Source: Paraspadella gotoi (taxonomy: Eukaryota > Animalia > Chaetognatha). Taken from it: 64,000 nt of DNA. The translations under genes and the position numbers were made by a program. Below are positions 1 to 12,066 of the stretch, one piece after another; position 1 is the first letter of the stretch, and each line of letters starts with the position of its first letter. The DNA is taken from the NCBI GenBank assembly GCA_051294375.1, contig CM119265.1, forward strand, positions 12,451,866 to 12,515,865, given 5' to 3'. The notes below the pieces were generated by a model. That model was not told the DNA's origin, did no database searches, and saw only the letters and a program-made list of their open reading frames with translations.

Positions 1-61
1 ATTTTCACTGGTACAATGTAAAATTGACTTTGTTTTTGTTCAATAATCACAGCATACTGTA

Positions 62-2548
62 CCTCCGAAGTCCTTTCCTCCTCTTTCTCGTCGTCCATCT
101 TGAAGCGAACGCGTTTGACTCGAAACCCGGACCGAAGTTCGTCGTCAACCGTAGACGCCCTCTCATCTCGACTTTCTTCCCCGACTTCTAGCCCTTCCTT
201 CACCTCTCCCTCTTCTTTCACTTTCGTCGATAGAGTCAGTCTTTTTCGATTTTCCTCCAACTTGGCCTTCGCTTTGGCCACAATTTCCTCCACGACTCCT
301 CCTCCCTCTCCTCCTCTTCCTCCCTTTCTTTCCCTCGCCGCGTCGATCGCCGCCTTGGACTTCTTCCTCCAGAGATTCCCCAGCCTCTCGGCGTTCCTCC
401 TCTTTTCCTCCAGCTCGATCCGGTCCTCGTAGCTTCGCCTCAGCAGCTCTACTTCGCGTCGATGCTCGCTGGCGACGAGTTCCAACTCTTCAGCGGCGGC
501 GAGACTCAGCTCCCTATGAGATTCGACAGATTATAAAGACTTTATAAAGGTCTCTCTCCCTTCCTTTCTTCAAAGTAAATTGTGCTGAGAAGACTCTCGT
601 TGAGAAGTTCATTTTCGAGGAAGTTTCAATCTGATACATTCATTACTAAATCGTTTTTGAAACGGGAAAACATTAACGTAAAAAGACTTCCGATCTGAAA
701 AAAAAAAAAGAAGTAATGAGACCATTCTCTTATCTCTCGATCTCAGTAACCTCGTCGCCATTTCTCCGTCGGCGAGGCTTTTCTCCAAGGCCCGCTGCAG
801 TTTGGTTACGCGTCGGCGGAGAGCGATCGTGTCTAATGAGTCTTGAGGGGAAACGTCCGTCAGCTGCGCCTGGTTAAAGGGGGGGGGAGTTAGTTTCTGC
901 GTCAGGACTTATGCTTGGTGGATAAATGGCGAGATTGTTTTTTTTTACCTCCAAAAGATTTCGATCTTCGTCTAATTTTCCGCATTTGATTTTGAGTCTT
1001 TCGATTTCCATCGACTTGAGGTGAAGGGAAATGTCCATCTCGTCCCTCTCGGTCTCCATCGCGTCAATTCTTTCCACAAACGGGGGAAAAATAAAACAAA
1101 CAAAAAAACAACAACAATGAGAAAATAAAGTAAAAACATTTGAAAGAACTTTAGTCTTTAAAAAGTTAATGCCTATATCAATAACCCGTTGTTAAGACAT
1201 CACATTGCCAAAATTAGGAGGCAAAATAGTTTATTTATTTAATGAATAATTAATTTTATCTTGGTTGTACCAATGTCATGATAGACATCGATAACCATAA
1301 AACCACCTGCCCTCCATGTGCTCTTTTCTTTGCGCCTCCAAGTCTTCCATCTTGCGTCGAAGTCGCTCCAACTCGTCGTCCTTGACGCGGGCGTCGTCCC
1401 TCGTTTTCGCCAACGCCTCATTTAATCCGACAATTTTTTCTTTGGCCGTTTGGAGCGCGAATTCGAGTTGGCGTCGTGATCTGAGCAAACGCGTTCAAAA
1501 TGGTTTAATGGGATGTGATACAGTTTAGAAATACACAAAATACATTGAATTTATTTGTTCGTATGTACCGTAATTCTTCGCCCTTTTTTACACTGACCTT
1601 TTGTTGGATTTTCCGGTCTCGGGCGCCACTAATCGATCTTTCATATTCCGGTTGATGACGGCCAGATGAGCGACGAGGCTCTTGGCGGCATCGACGTCCG
1701 AGTTGAAGCGAACCAGATCGTCGTCGATTTCGTCGTCGTCTTCGTCGTTGATGTCATCCCATAAATCAATGTCAGCGAACGTAGAGGTTGTGAGAAACTG
1801 AAATATATTTATAAATATACTTATGCGTTATAAATACTGCTAGTCTTTGATTTATGATTAAGTTACGTCCTCACATGCTGAACAGCGTTGAGTAGAGCGA
1901 GTCGTTGCCTGCACGTGTTGTCGTATCCAACGATGAAACAGTTGACCTGCTGTTGGTATTTTGTTTTGGCGACGGGATCTGACATTAGCGCCATCAGCGC
2001 ATCCAGATCCGTCACGTGTTCGAATCTCACGCCATTTCCGAAAGAGTCGTCTAATTCGGAGATGCCCGTCGATGTTTGCCCGACTTCTTCAACGCTTGAC
2101 CGAGAATATGTATTGTAAATCTGAAGGAAATTAAATCAGATAATGAATGAAAAAAAGTGTATCGTTTTTGCAGTATTTTCATTATTTTATTCGTAAAATA
2201 GAACGAAGAGATATTAAGAAATCGTTTCTAGGTTTATACTTTACCTCGTTAACCCTTTTCATAATATCGTGTAATTCTTCACGGCACTCCTTCTGAAATA
2301 CAATCATCGTCATGATTGTTAGAATTTAGTGAGGGTAATTTAATATTGGGAGTAGCTAGGCAAGATAAACAAATACTTTTTTCCTCTCATTCTGTTGATC
2401 GTTGATGATTTGAAGAACTTGAATCGAAGGTTCCGAACCTTGTAAGGAGAAAATTGTGGAAATCAAACGCATTTTATCACTCAGAGTCAGACTCAGCTAA
2501 AAATTTAGAAAAAGTTACCTTCAAGAAAAATCTGTTTTTCCCTCTCAT
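62..2548 (-). CDS. Multi-exon uncharacterised coiled-coil protein (3' end continues beyond window start)
   Basis: The first four exons join in frame across short GT-AG introns from ATG 2548: MRGKNRFFLK|VRNLRFKFFKSSTDQQNERKK|KECREELHDIMKRVNE|IYNTYSRSSVEEV... Later exons give E/K/R/L heptad-rich peptides (LEFALQTAKEKIVGLNEALAK, ERIDAMETERDEMDISLHLK, EELELVASEHRREVELLRRSYEDR); their phases were not all checked. No family recognised. Confidence 0.7.
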
Positions 2549-2970
2549 CGTCTATATTTCCAGGACGACATTCAGGCCTAATGAATTAAATTTTAATAAC
2601 TAATTTTTCTGTAGAATGATTAGGGAAAAAATTAATTTCATATAATCATGTACCGTAAAAAGCCAGTTTTCACGATGTGATGCTTTCCTTCTTCCCGAAA
2701 ATTTTTTTTGGCTCTTTGACCTAACTTTTTCGGTTTCATTTTCAGTATGCTTTATTGTTTGTATTTTACTACTCCAAACTATCCCAAAATTATACACCTA
2801 GTATGTCAGTTGTAACTAAGCATCACCGACTATCGCACGTACTCCCCGGCGAAATTCTATTGACTATTGTTCGCGCGCGAACATTCCGCTTGGAGTTTAA
2901 TTTAAAAGGGTGCCGGAAGAAAGTGAAACAAAAGACTTAGCGCAAGGTAAGATTTATCTCGATCCCAGAT

Positions 2971-4085
2971 TCATGGATGGGAATACAATGAATAAACACA
3001 GAACAAGGTAAATAACAGAAATATAATTAAACAAGTATTTCGAGATAAGTTTAGCATGAAATCTAGCAGGTTAAAAAATGCTTTCGTGATGAAATCTGTT
3101 CGAAATTTGTGACTGGCGCAATCTTGATTCTTGGATCGATTAGACTGTTTCCATTTCCAGTTGAGTCCGTCCAAACGCATCAAAATTCTCTCCAATCGTA
3201 ATCTACAAATGGAAAAAAAACTTATAAAATTCATTTACTTTTTTAAAATTTCGGTTATTAGTAGAAGAGCACCTAATATTTAGGTAGTCATTGGCTCGTT
3301 TTTGCTCACAGGCGTCGACAACTTCCCTTCTGGCGCAAAGAAACGATTCCGATCTTCGCAGGTGAAGGATGAAGCATGAAAAAAATATCCTTACACATTA
3401 ATCACTAATCATGTTTAATTAATAATGTTTAACCTTCACTGCTTGGCATTCCCTGGTCGTGACTAAGCATATTAAGCAATAAGCATATATTCCTCACCTT
3501 AAGGCCGCAAAATCTCTCCTGCGTTCGTCCTTTAATTCCTTCAACGTTTCTCCGAGATGCTGCTGCCGCCTAAACTGCGCCTCGAGCCCGTCCGAAATCG
3601 TCAACCTCAGCGCCGCCGCTTCTTCACGTAGCCTTTTGTTTTCCACCTCGAATTCCTTCATTCGTTCCCGAGTCCGCCGCCCGGTGAGCACCACGTCCTC
3701 TTGCAGAGATGTTTCTGCTGAAAGGATCTGAAAAAGAAAGTAGGCAATTGGCTTCATTCGGATGACGAGACCATTGTACGATTCTGGCTTACTAGCGCGA
3801 GAGTGTTTACGAAACTATTGCTGTTGTTGTTATAGTCTTCCTGAGACTTGCATCTTCGGATTTGGATCGGAATTCGTCTAAAGCAGTTTAAGATAATGAA
3901 TAAGAAAAAAAAAACTCGTTAACAATCCAGTTAGTATTATAAAGTTATCAACTTACCCGGTTGCCTCGCCTTCTCCTCCATCGCCTTTCGTCTCCGGGAC
4001 GCGCGCCTTTCGATCGGGAGACGAACTTCCCGGCGCCCAACTGCTGCGGCGAAAATTCGCATCGAACGGGAAGAAGAAACGCCAC
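2971..4085 (-). CDS. Multi-exon coiled-coil protein with C-terminal hydrophobic segment (tail-anchored-like); first exon not located
   Basis: Six exons join in phase: WRFFFPFD...GEATG|RIPIQIRR...NTLAL|ILSAETSLQ...RRRDFAALR|ECQAVK|IGIVSLRQKGSCRRL|LRLERILM...TCLIIFLLFTLFCVYSLYSHP*. The last exon corresponds to ORF 2971-3234. Confidence 0.55.
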
Positions 4086-4928
4086 CTGAGAATGAATATA
4101 CATTAAGAATATACTTATATAAATGAATGAAAGAATGAACGAACTAGAGAAAGAAAAAACGAAAGAAAATGTTTTTTTTTTTCTGGAAAGAAAATAAATG
4201 GACATTGGACAACAATTTTATGTGTTCGCGAGAATGAAAGGAATAACAATTGTGAATAATGAATAATGAACAAAATCAAATTCGAATAAAGTATCAAGAT
4301 TGATTCTTATTTAATGTTTAAAATATATGAATAGACTAAATGTATTTATATTTTTAATTTTATTTATTTAATTTATTTATTTATCTCTCTTCCCTTCGTT
4401 TTATATTATATATTAATTAATTATTTTTGTTTATTATTTTATTATTATTATTGGAAAGACACAGTTAAATTTGTTTATCAAGTTAATTGGGAGGGCCGCC
4501 GTCCCGATTTATCAAAAGATTGGCGTTTGATAAATCCCCTTTGGAGCGCTATGGATAGCTTTTGAAAGGGAGAAAACGAAAGACAAAGAAAGAAGGAGAA
4601 ATAAAGAAAGAAAAAGAAACAGAAAGAAAGAAAAAGCGAGAGAGAAGGAAATAAATAAGAACAACTATAAAAACTATAGAAACAAATCTAAACACTAGCT
4701 ATAAAATATAGCTTTAAAAAAATTCATTCATGGCTTAGTACGAAAACTAAGAACGTATTTAAACTGCCCGCCAAATAATCGCTGCTTGTTCAAAAGAGGC
4801 AGCACTGCCGCTGCGACGCAGCTCAACCGTGTCCAGCAGCGGATGCTGTCAAAACCAGATAAACATTAGTAGGCTGATCCGGACGGACGAGCTTCTTTGC
4901 TCGTAACGACGGACGACAGCCGGGACTA

Positions 4929-6083
4929 ATGGCTCTTATCCCGATACCCGCCTGTTCGGACGGCCAGGTCGATTCCCTGCTAAAATCTTGGAAGTGCAGC
5001 TTTTGCGGGTATTCTTCGATCTACAAGACTCATTTGACGAGGCACTTGGTCGTTCACGACCAGAGCCGACCCTTCGTATGCAAGGAATGCGGTTTCGCCA
5101 CCAAACGGGAAACGTATCTCCTGGATCACATGAAAACCCACGATATTAATCGCCCGACGCCCTGGAAATGCGACACCTGCCATTACGCCTCTCACTCCAA
5201 GAAGAACTTGTCACGTCATCAGGTGAAACACTTGAAGAGGCCTCACAAGTGCGAACTCTGCTCCTACGAATCCTTCACCGAGGACACGCTCAAGCGCCAC
5301 GTCAAGGACAAGCACGAGTCTAAGCGATTCAAACGCGCCTCGGCGAGCCGAGTCGAGGAGATTGTTGAAGAGAACGGCGAAGACGAACTGAGAAACAAAG
5401 ACGAACGTAAGCGACGATCGAAACAACAACGACAACCTCGATGGAAATGCGACGTTTGCGTCTTCTCCACGCACCGACAGAGGAATTTGAAACGCCATCA
5501 GAAAATCCACCAAAAGAATCCCTACAAGTGCGGAATCTGTCCCTTTGAGACGAACGGCGACGACAAACTCAAGGAGCATATGAGCAAGAAGCACGGTATC
5601 TCCTCATTGATGGCCTGGAAATGCGGCAGCTGCGACGCCGCCTTCGGTGACATCGACGGTTTGATAAAACACGAGGAGTCGCACGAGATCGACTCTGATG
5701 GAGACTCCGACGAAGGAGACGTGAGAATGTTGCCGGTAGATTTCGAGAAACTCGGCGACGACGACGACGACGACGACGAAAACGAATCAGCCTCGAAGCG
5801 AAAGGAAGCGAAGGAGGAAGAGGAAGAGCGGTTCGATTCCAGCGATCTTGTCTTCGAGGACGAGATGGAAGACATCAAAGTCTTCAAGATGGAATCCTTG
5901 GACCTCAAGGATGAGACGAAACTCCAATCCTCGCGCGACTCCGAATCCCTTACAATCCATTCCGAAGGCCGGGATTCGCCGGAAGATTCGCCCGAGGATT
6001 CGCCGGACGTTTTGGTAGAGGAGATCGTCGAGGAAAGATTGAAACTGGAGGTCGACGAAATTCTCAACGAAGACGAGACTTGA
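4929..6083 (+). CDS. C2H2 zinc-finger protein, 7 fingers plus acidic C-terminal tail, single coding exon
   Basis: 384-aa ORF with seven CxxC-x12-H-x3/4-H motifs (e.g. WKCSFCGYSSIYKTHLTRHLVVH, FVCKECGFATKRETYLLDHMKTH) followed by a D/E-rich tail. Confidence 0.93.
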   Translation: MALIPIPACSDGQVDSLLKSWKCSFCGYSSIYKTHLTRHLVVHDQSRPFVCKECGFATKRETYLLDHMKTHDINRPTPWKCDTCHYASHSKKNLSRHQVKHLKRPHKCELCSYESFTEDTLKRHVKDKHESKRFKRASASRVEEIVEENGEDELRNKDERKRRSKQQRQPRWKCDVCVFSTHRQRNLKRHQKIHQKNPYKCGICPFETNGDDKLKEHMSKKHGISSLMAWKCGSCDAAFGDIDGLIKHEESHEIDSDGDSDEGDVRMLPVDFEKLGDDDDDDDENESASKRKEAKEEEEERFDSSDLVFEDEMEDIKVFKMESLDLKDETKLQSSRDSESLTIHSEGRDSPEDSPEDSPDVLVEEIVEERLKLEVDEILNEDET

Positions 6084-6486
6084 CGGCGACTGGGAGTCTC
6101 GATCGTCATTTTGTTCACTGTTCATTGTCTAGTCTCTCTTTTTTGACCCAAAAAAAAAAAAGGTTCAATGAGCCCAATAGTCACGTTATTCTTTTTGAAA
6201 CTTTCTTATTCGAACGATTCTATGAAGAAATGTCGTAAGTGCAATAAAAAATCATGACCGAAAGGATTATTTTTAATTGAATAGACAGAAACGCCAGACG
6301 AATGTATTAGCGTTAAAACCAAAAATAACACAAAGTAACCAATGAAATTCACTGAGTAATAAACCGCTCTTTTTAAACAGAAATACCGAAGAATGTCTAC
6401 TAGCAAATAAATAAGTTATAAATAAGTAAATTAATAAAATTAGGTCTAATTTAAATATAAGCAACATTAATCATTAAACTTTAAAG

Positions 6487-6669
6487 GGTCGGAGCTGGGA
6501 GCCGGAGCGGGAGCTGGAGCTGTCTCAAAATTTTTAGTGGAGCTGGAGCTGGAGTCAAAGCTGGAAAAAAATTTAGGATGGAGCCGGAGTTGGAGCTGGA
6601 GCTGAAAATTTTTTTTGGCCGGAGTCGGAGTTGGAGCTGGAGAAAAAATGGCCAGCTCCACCAACCCTA
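6487..6669 (-). mobile_element. Truncated MITE-like element with GGAGCT/GGAGTC hexamer array (hAT-like end)
   Basis: Minus strand begins TAGGGTTGGTGGAGCTGG, followed by an array of (GCTCCA/ACTCCG) hexamers. The other terminus is not visible. Duplicate at 22154-22333. Confidence 0.55.
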
Positions 6670-6672
6670 TGT

Positions 6673-9600
6673 CTAGTTGTCTAACCTTGCATCTTCTTTG
6701 CGTTCCGGAGATGAGCTTCGTATCTTTCCCAACTTTACGTTACCGATCTTCTCCTTTGCGTGAAATCGATTTCCAAGTTCTCTCTTAGCCAGCTTGAGGC
6801 CTCGAACATTGATCCTGTTGTTTTTAAATAGTTTAGTTAAGTTCTATAATACATACCCCCAGGGGCGGCGAGAGGGGGCCCTAGGGGGGCCCTGTAGGGC
6901 CCCTGAGAAGAGAGAAAAAAAGAAGGAAAGAAAAGAAGAAAAAATAAAAAATAAGAAAAAAAAGGGAATTGAGTGATTATGAAAAAAGGTGTGCAGAATA
7001 GATTTAACTGATCAAATTTAACTTAGATCATGCTTGGGCCCCTTTAGACTTTAGGGGTCAAGTTGGGCCCCTATTTAAGTCAAATCAAGGCCCCTTTATT
7101 GGTAATGTACCAATTGTCTCAGGGTTATAGTCCATTTCACTTTTAATGGGGCCCTGTGGCCCTTTGGCCCCGTCCACAGCCCCTAATTTTCAAGCCAGAA
7201 AGTCGGTAATCGAAAAAATAAAATTATGGAGAGCGGGGGGGGACCTTAGGGTGTGCCAAATTTCTCAAGTTTTAAATATCTCAAAGAACACCTAACACAA
7301 TTTGTGGAGGCCTAAAAAAATAGGTTTCCACCAATCGCCATTCAAATTGCTTCAACACCCTTAGCGCTACCGGCGCTTGAAGGATTTTTGGCACACCTTG
7401 CACATCATAATTCATTGTGTCTAAACTATGAGAGATTTTAGCGTCCACTCTCATCAAACAACTGAAGAAATGTATTAAGTTTATTCATGTTAAATTTCAA
7501 GTCTCAACTACATCTCTGAGCTTAACAACAGCACCAGCAATCTGATGGAGATGGGAGTAGCCATTATGTCAAAGACTATAGCTTCTGACATAGTTGGGAA
7601 CCACCAAATGTTTTTACAAAATTTTATTGACAATTAGAAGCTCGAAATAAAAAAATTAACTGTTTTCAAAAATATTGGTGTTGTAGCTACATCCTGGAGG
7701 ATTTTTTCTGTACAGAATTTTAAACTAGTAAAATATATTCATAATACTTATTCATTATATTAATTATAACATTAATAAATGAAGTAGCATATGATAAGAA
7801 AGTTTGGTAAATTTTATCTTGATTGATGCACACTCAGAAGGTAGCCTCTTTTGAAAGATCAAAAAAAAAATTTTTCACATGCTATTAATCTGAAAAAAAC
7901 TAAAAGTGATTTATTCAAAAATACATTTATTAGTTGCCTAAACATACTAGGTTCAATTTTTTATCAGTACAATTTGAGTAAGAGTCTCCACAGACTTTCT
8001 GGAGACTTCTTCCATATGTTGGAGGATTTGGACGAAATGTTGGAGTTAAAAAATCTGCAATAAAAGGCATTTACATTTNNNNNNNNNNNNNNNNNNNNNN
8101 NNNNNNNNNNNNNNNNNNNNNNNNNNNNNNNNNNNNNNNNNNNNNNNNNNNNNNNNNNNNNNNNNNNNNNNNNNNNNNNNNNNNNNNNNNNNNNNNNNNN
8201 NNNNNNNNNNNNNNNNNNNNNNNNATTTACATCTTTGATCAAGGTGCGCTCACATTTTTATCGAATATATTTGCACAGACTGCTTNNNNNNNNNNTGATA
8301 AAGAAATTCAGATGACAAGAACAACAAATAAAATTAATGGTTATTTTAACTGTTGGTCTCATACATTGTGGTTATATCCGCTGCCAAACAAAAAAAATTA
8401 TTCAGCATTGTTTGAATCAATTAAAGTACATTATTAGTGGTAGAGGCGTAGATTTTATAAAGATTATTAACCCTTCAAGCAGTGTGTGCAAAGATAATCC
8501 ATGAAAATGTGAGCGCACCCTGATCAAAAATGTCAGTGCATCATGCAGCATCGTTTGAATCGATTAAAGTACATTAATAGTAGTAGAGGTGCGAATTTTA
8601 TAAAGATTATTCACCCTTCAGGCAGTCTTTGCAAAGATAATCCATGAAAATGTGAACACACCTTGATAAAAAATGTCAGTGCATCTTGCAACATTGTTTG
8701 AATCGATTAAACTACATAAATAGTGATAGAGGCGCAGATTTTATAATGATTATTCACCCTTCAAGCAGTCTGTGCAAAGATAATCCACAAAAATGTGAGC
8801 ACACCCTGATCAAAAATGTGAATGCGTTTAGGGCTTTATCTTTGAAAACGAATTTGCGTTTATAAATAAATGTAAATGGCTTTTATTGCAGATTNNNNNN
8901 NNNNNNNNNNNNNNNNNNNTATTAACTCCAACGTTCGTTCCACATCCTCCAACATATGGAGAAAGCCTCCAAGAAGTCTGTGGAGATTCTTACTCACATT
9001 GTACTGATAAAAATGAACCTAGTGTGTTTAGGCAACTAATAAAGGTCTTTTTGAATAAATAACTCTTAGTTTTTTTCAGATTAATAGCATGTGGAGAAAA
9101 ATTTTTTTGATCTTTTTAAAGAGGTTACCTTCTGAAGTAGTGCGTCAATCAATACAAAATTTACAAACTTTCTTATCATGTTCCACTTCATTTATTTAAT
9201 GCTATAATTAATATTATGAATAAGTATTGTGAATATATTTTACTAGTTTAAATATTCTGTACAGAAAAAAATCCTCCAGGATGTAGCTACAACCAATATT
9301 TTGAAAACAGTTATTTTTTATTTGGAGCTACTAATTGTCAATAAAATTTTGTAAGAATAACTTTGTGGTACTCACCTATGTCAGAAGCTATAGTCTTCAA
9401 CATACCGGCTACTCCCATCTCCATCAGTTGCTGGTGCTGTTGTTAAGCTCATAGTTGCAGTTGAGATTTGAAATTCAACATGAATAAACTTAATACGTTT
9501 CTTCAACTGTCTTAATGAGATGGGACGCTAAAATCTCTCATAGTTTAGACACTATGAATTATGATGTGCAAGGTGTGCCAAAAATCCTTCAGCGCGGTAG

Positions 9601-11076
9601 CGCTAAGGGTGTTGAAGCAATTTGAAATGGCGATTTGGTGGAAACCTATTTTTTTAGGCCTCCACAAATTGTGTTAGGTGTTCTTTGAGATATTTCAAAC
9701 TGAGAAATTTGGCACACCCTAGGGGGACCTGGCCAACTGGCCAGTGGCCATGGAGGGCCCGCCATTCTCTCGCCGTCCCTGCGTACCCCGTGTCCGTTCG
9801 CGAGTTATTACTCATCATTATCATCGGTTAAATATTTGAATTTTTTTTCTCCTATTTTGCAGCAAAGTAATTTTTATAAAATTAATTCAATATTTACTTA
9901 AATTAAAAAAACTTTTAAAAGTTCATCATTTTATTTTTAATTAAAAACTGTATGTAAAAGATCATTATAAAGTGATTCTTTAAAGTAATAAATATCTGGT
10001 AGACCATTAATTAAGCATTAACTGGAAATTTTACGTACAGGACAGCATTTTTTGAAATTGGATGAACAAAGAAAACTTAAGATTTAAAAATTAAATAAAT
10101 ATTAAAATATATTGTAAATATTTTTTGGAGTCACTCGTCTGATTAGTCTGATAGTCTAGTTCAGACTTGTCTACCCGATTTTGTCCTGGTGGATTTTAAT
10201 CCAACATAACACGTACATAGATTTCGTGAGGTCCGCGGTCGACCTGGTTCCAATTTTGGGCCGGCCTCTCAAGAAAATTTTTAATATCAGCTTCTTTTCC
10301 GTGCGTGTTCCTTGTAAGCCGTCACGCCGGTCAGACCGAAATCAGGAATTTCGTCGTTAAGAGCGCCACACGAACGACGCCGGTCGGGGAAGAGGGGCCG
10401 TTAGAGGTTGGAGGGCGAGACTGGAATTTCGCCTCATTCTGTCGATTTAACGGGGAATCGTTTCTGTGGTTATCAATTATCAATTAATCAATAAATTAAT
10501 CAAATAGTCATCACCGATGAAGCCTAGAAAATCGTTCTCCCAACGAGGCAAGTGAATCTATAAGATTATCTCTTTTCTCAAACGTCTGGTACATCTTCGG
10601 CAGGCGAACGATCGAGCTCGCGCTCCAGCGAAGAAGCCGCGCCCGCCAAGGTGACCGAAGTGGGCGCGGTCATGACGTTGGCGGCGATCGCGAGCGCCCT
10701 GAACGCCCCGTGAAAGCTGAATCAATTCGGATGAGGATTGGCTGTCGTAGTTGGAACTGTCCTAGGAGTCGGGGCCGGTAGACGAGGCAATACATAATTA
10801 CATATACATTATAAAAATTATTCAGAGACGTTCATTTTTATCATTTTTAATTTATAATTTATTTTAAATATTTAATTTAATTTCAAGGGCAGCTACTTTT
10901 TTTACCTCAAGACAAGACACCTTCCCTGTCGGAGAAGTTTGCTATTATTGCAGGGAGACATAGTCTTCGGACGCCGTCGCCGTCGATAACCTTTTTGTTA
11001 ATTAAGTCTTTGTGACATGTATCTCGACAAATAATTTTGCCGTGTCCGGAAACGATTTGAACGTTTCTGATTCCAT
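6673..11076 (-). CDS. Uncharacterised multi-exon protein (copy A) whose last intron contains the nested transposon
   Basis: GC-rich exons with GT-AG borders: MESETFKSFPDTAK...SCLE, DSSNYDSQSSSELDSAF..., MRRNSSLALQPL...ADLTKS, and terminal exon 6814-6673 INVRGLKLAKRELGNRF...DARLDN*. Some indels relative to copy B. Confidence 0.5.
6860..9781. mobile_element. Non-autonomous hAT-type element (outer), copy A, with nested foldback element; interior partly lost in N gaps
   Basis: TIRs CAGGGGCGGCGAGAG / CTCTCGCCGTCCCTG; 8-bp TSD CATACCCC (6852-6859) / CGTACCCC (9782-9789); many subterminal GGGCCC motifs. Confidence 0.82.
7247..9721. mobile_element. Inner long-TIR (foldback) element, copy A
   Basis: Ends TAGGGTGTGCCAAATTTCTC / GAGAAATTTGGCACACCCTA; TSD GGGGACCT on both sides; the two arms are reverse complements. 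Confidence 0.85.
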
Positions 11077-12066
11077 CAGTTGGACTTTCGTCAACCAATA
11101 CAGTTACGGCTTGAAGAAGTCTTTATTGTCATTTTTTATAATCCTAAAAACCATTAACTTAAAATTCAGAAAAAAAATCAATGTCACCGTTTCAAGCAGT
11201 TTATTTTTAAAAACAACGAAGGAAATAAAAAAACGCCCGACGACAATTTTTTTTGTTCGTTTTTTTCTTTGACGAAATAACATTTTCTGAGTTAATAAGT
11301 TATCTTGCATTCGTTTGTGCGTCATAATTGTTCCTTCACAAAAAATAACAACAACAGAGGGACAACAACGGTTTTTATAATATTCGAATTTAATAATCGA
11401 TTTCTCCAATATACTTCATAAGATTTAAGACGAGGGTGTCAAATCGGGCTGGATGTGCCTTAAATTAAACTTCGCTTGTAATTTTTGCGAAGATATAAGA
11501 AAAAATAATGGAAAATGATCTTTTGTGGCGTCTCTAATTCTTTTGGCTCGGAATTTGTTTCAAACAGGCCATTCAAGTCTGACGTCAAGCCATTATTTTT
11601 CAGGGAGAATAACCGAGAAAAATAACAACGAAACTTATTTAAAGCAAAGAAAAACGCACCAAAAAAGAAATGAAAATCTTGTTGAAAAAAGGAACAAAAG
11701 GAAACTTTGACTGAAAAAAAGTGATGATTAATAAGTTAAAATCACTTTCTTTCGAGAAGAGGTTTACAACCAATGCTGCTTTGTTTTTCATTTTTACGAT
11801 TTTAAAAAGACAAAAATGAAAGAAAAAAGTAAGAGATCGGGAATGAAACAAAACTTAAAAGATTCATCATAATAATTAAGCTCGTTTGCAATACAGAATC
11901 CAGAAGTCAGATTTTAACAAACATTCTTGCACCCCATTAGGAATGTTATTTCAATCTTTTATTTCACTTCATACAATTATTGGTGAATATTGTTTTTACG
12001 TCAGAAACTATGAAATGAGGTTTTGATGTTGAGCAAAGTACAATATAGTATTCCCGATCTAATACT

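Noticed and set aside
2860-2952. Possible plus-strand non-coding first exon (CCGGAAG motif, AAG|GTAAGA donor) of a divergent transcript
   Set aside because: A single donor-like match with no identifiable downstream exon is not enough to call.
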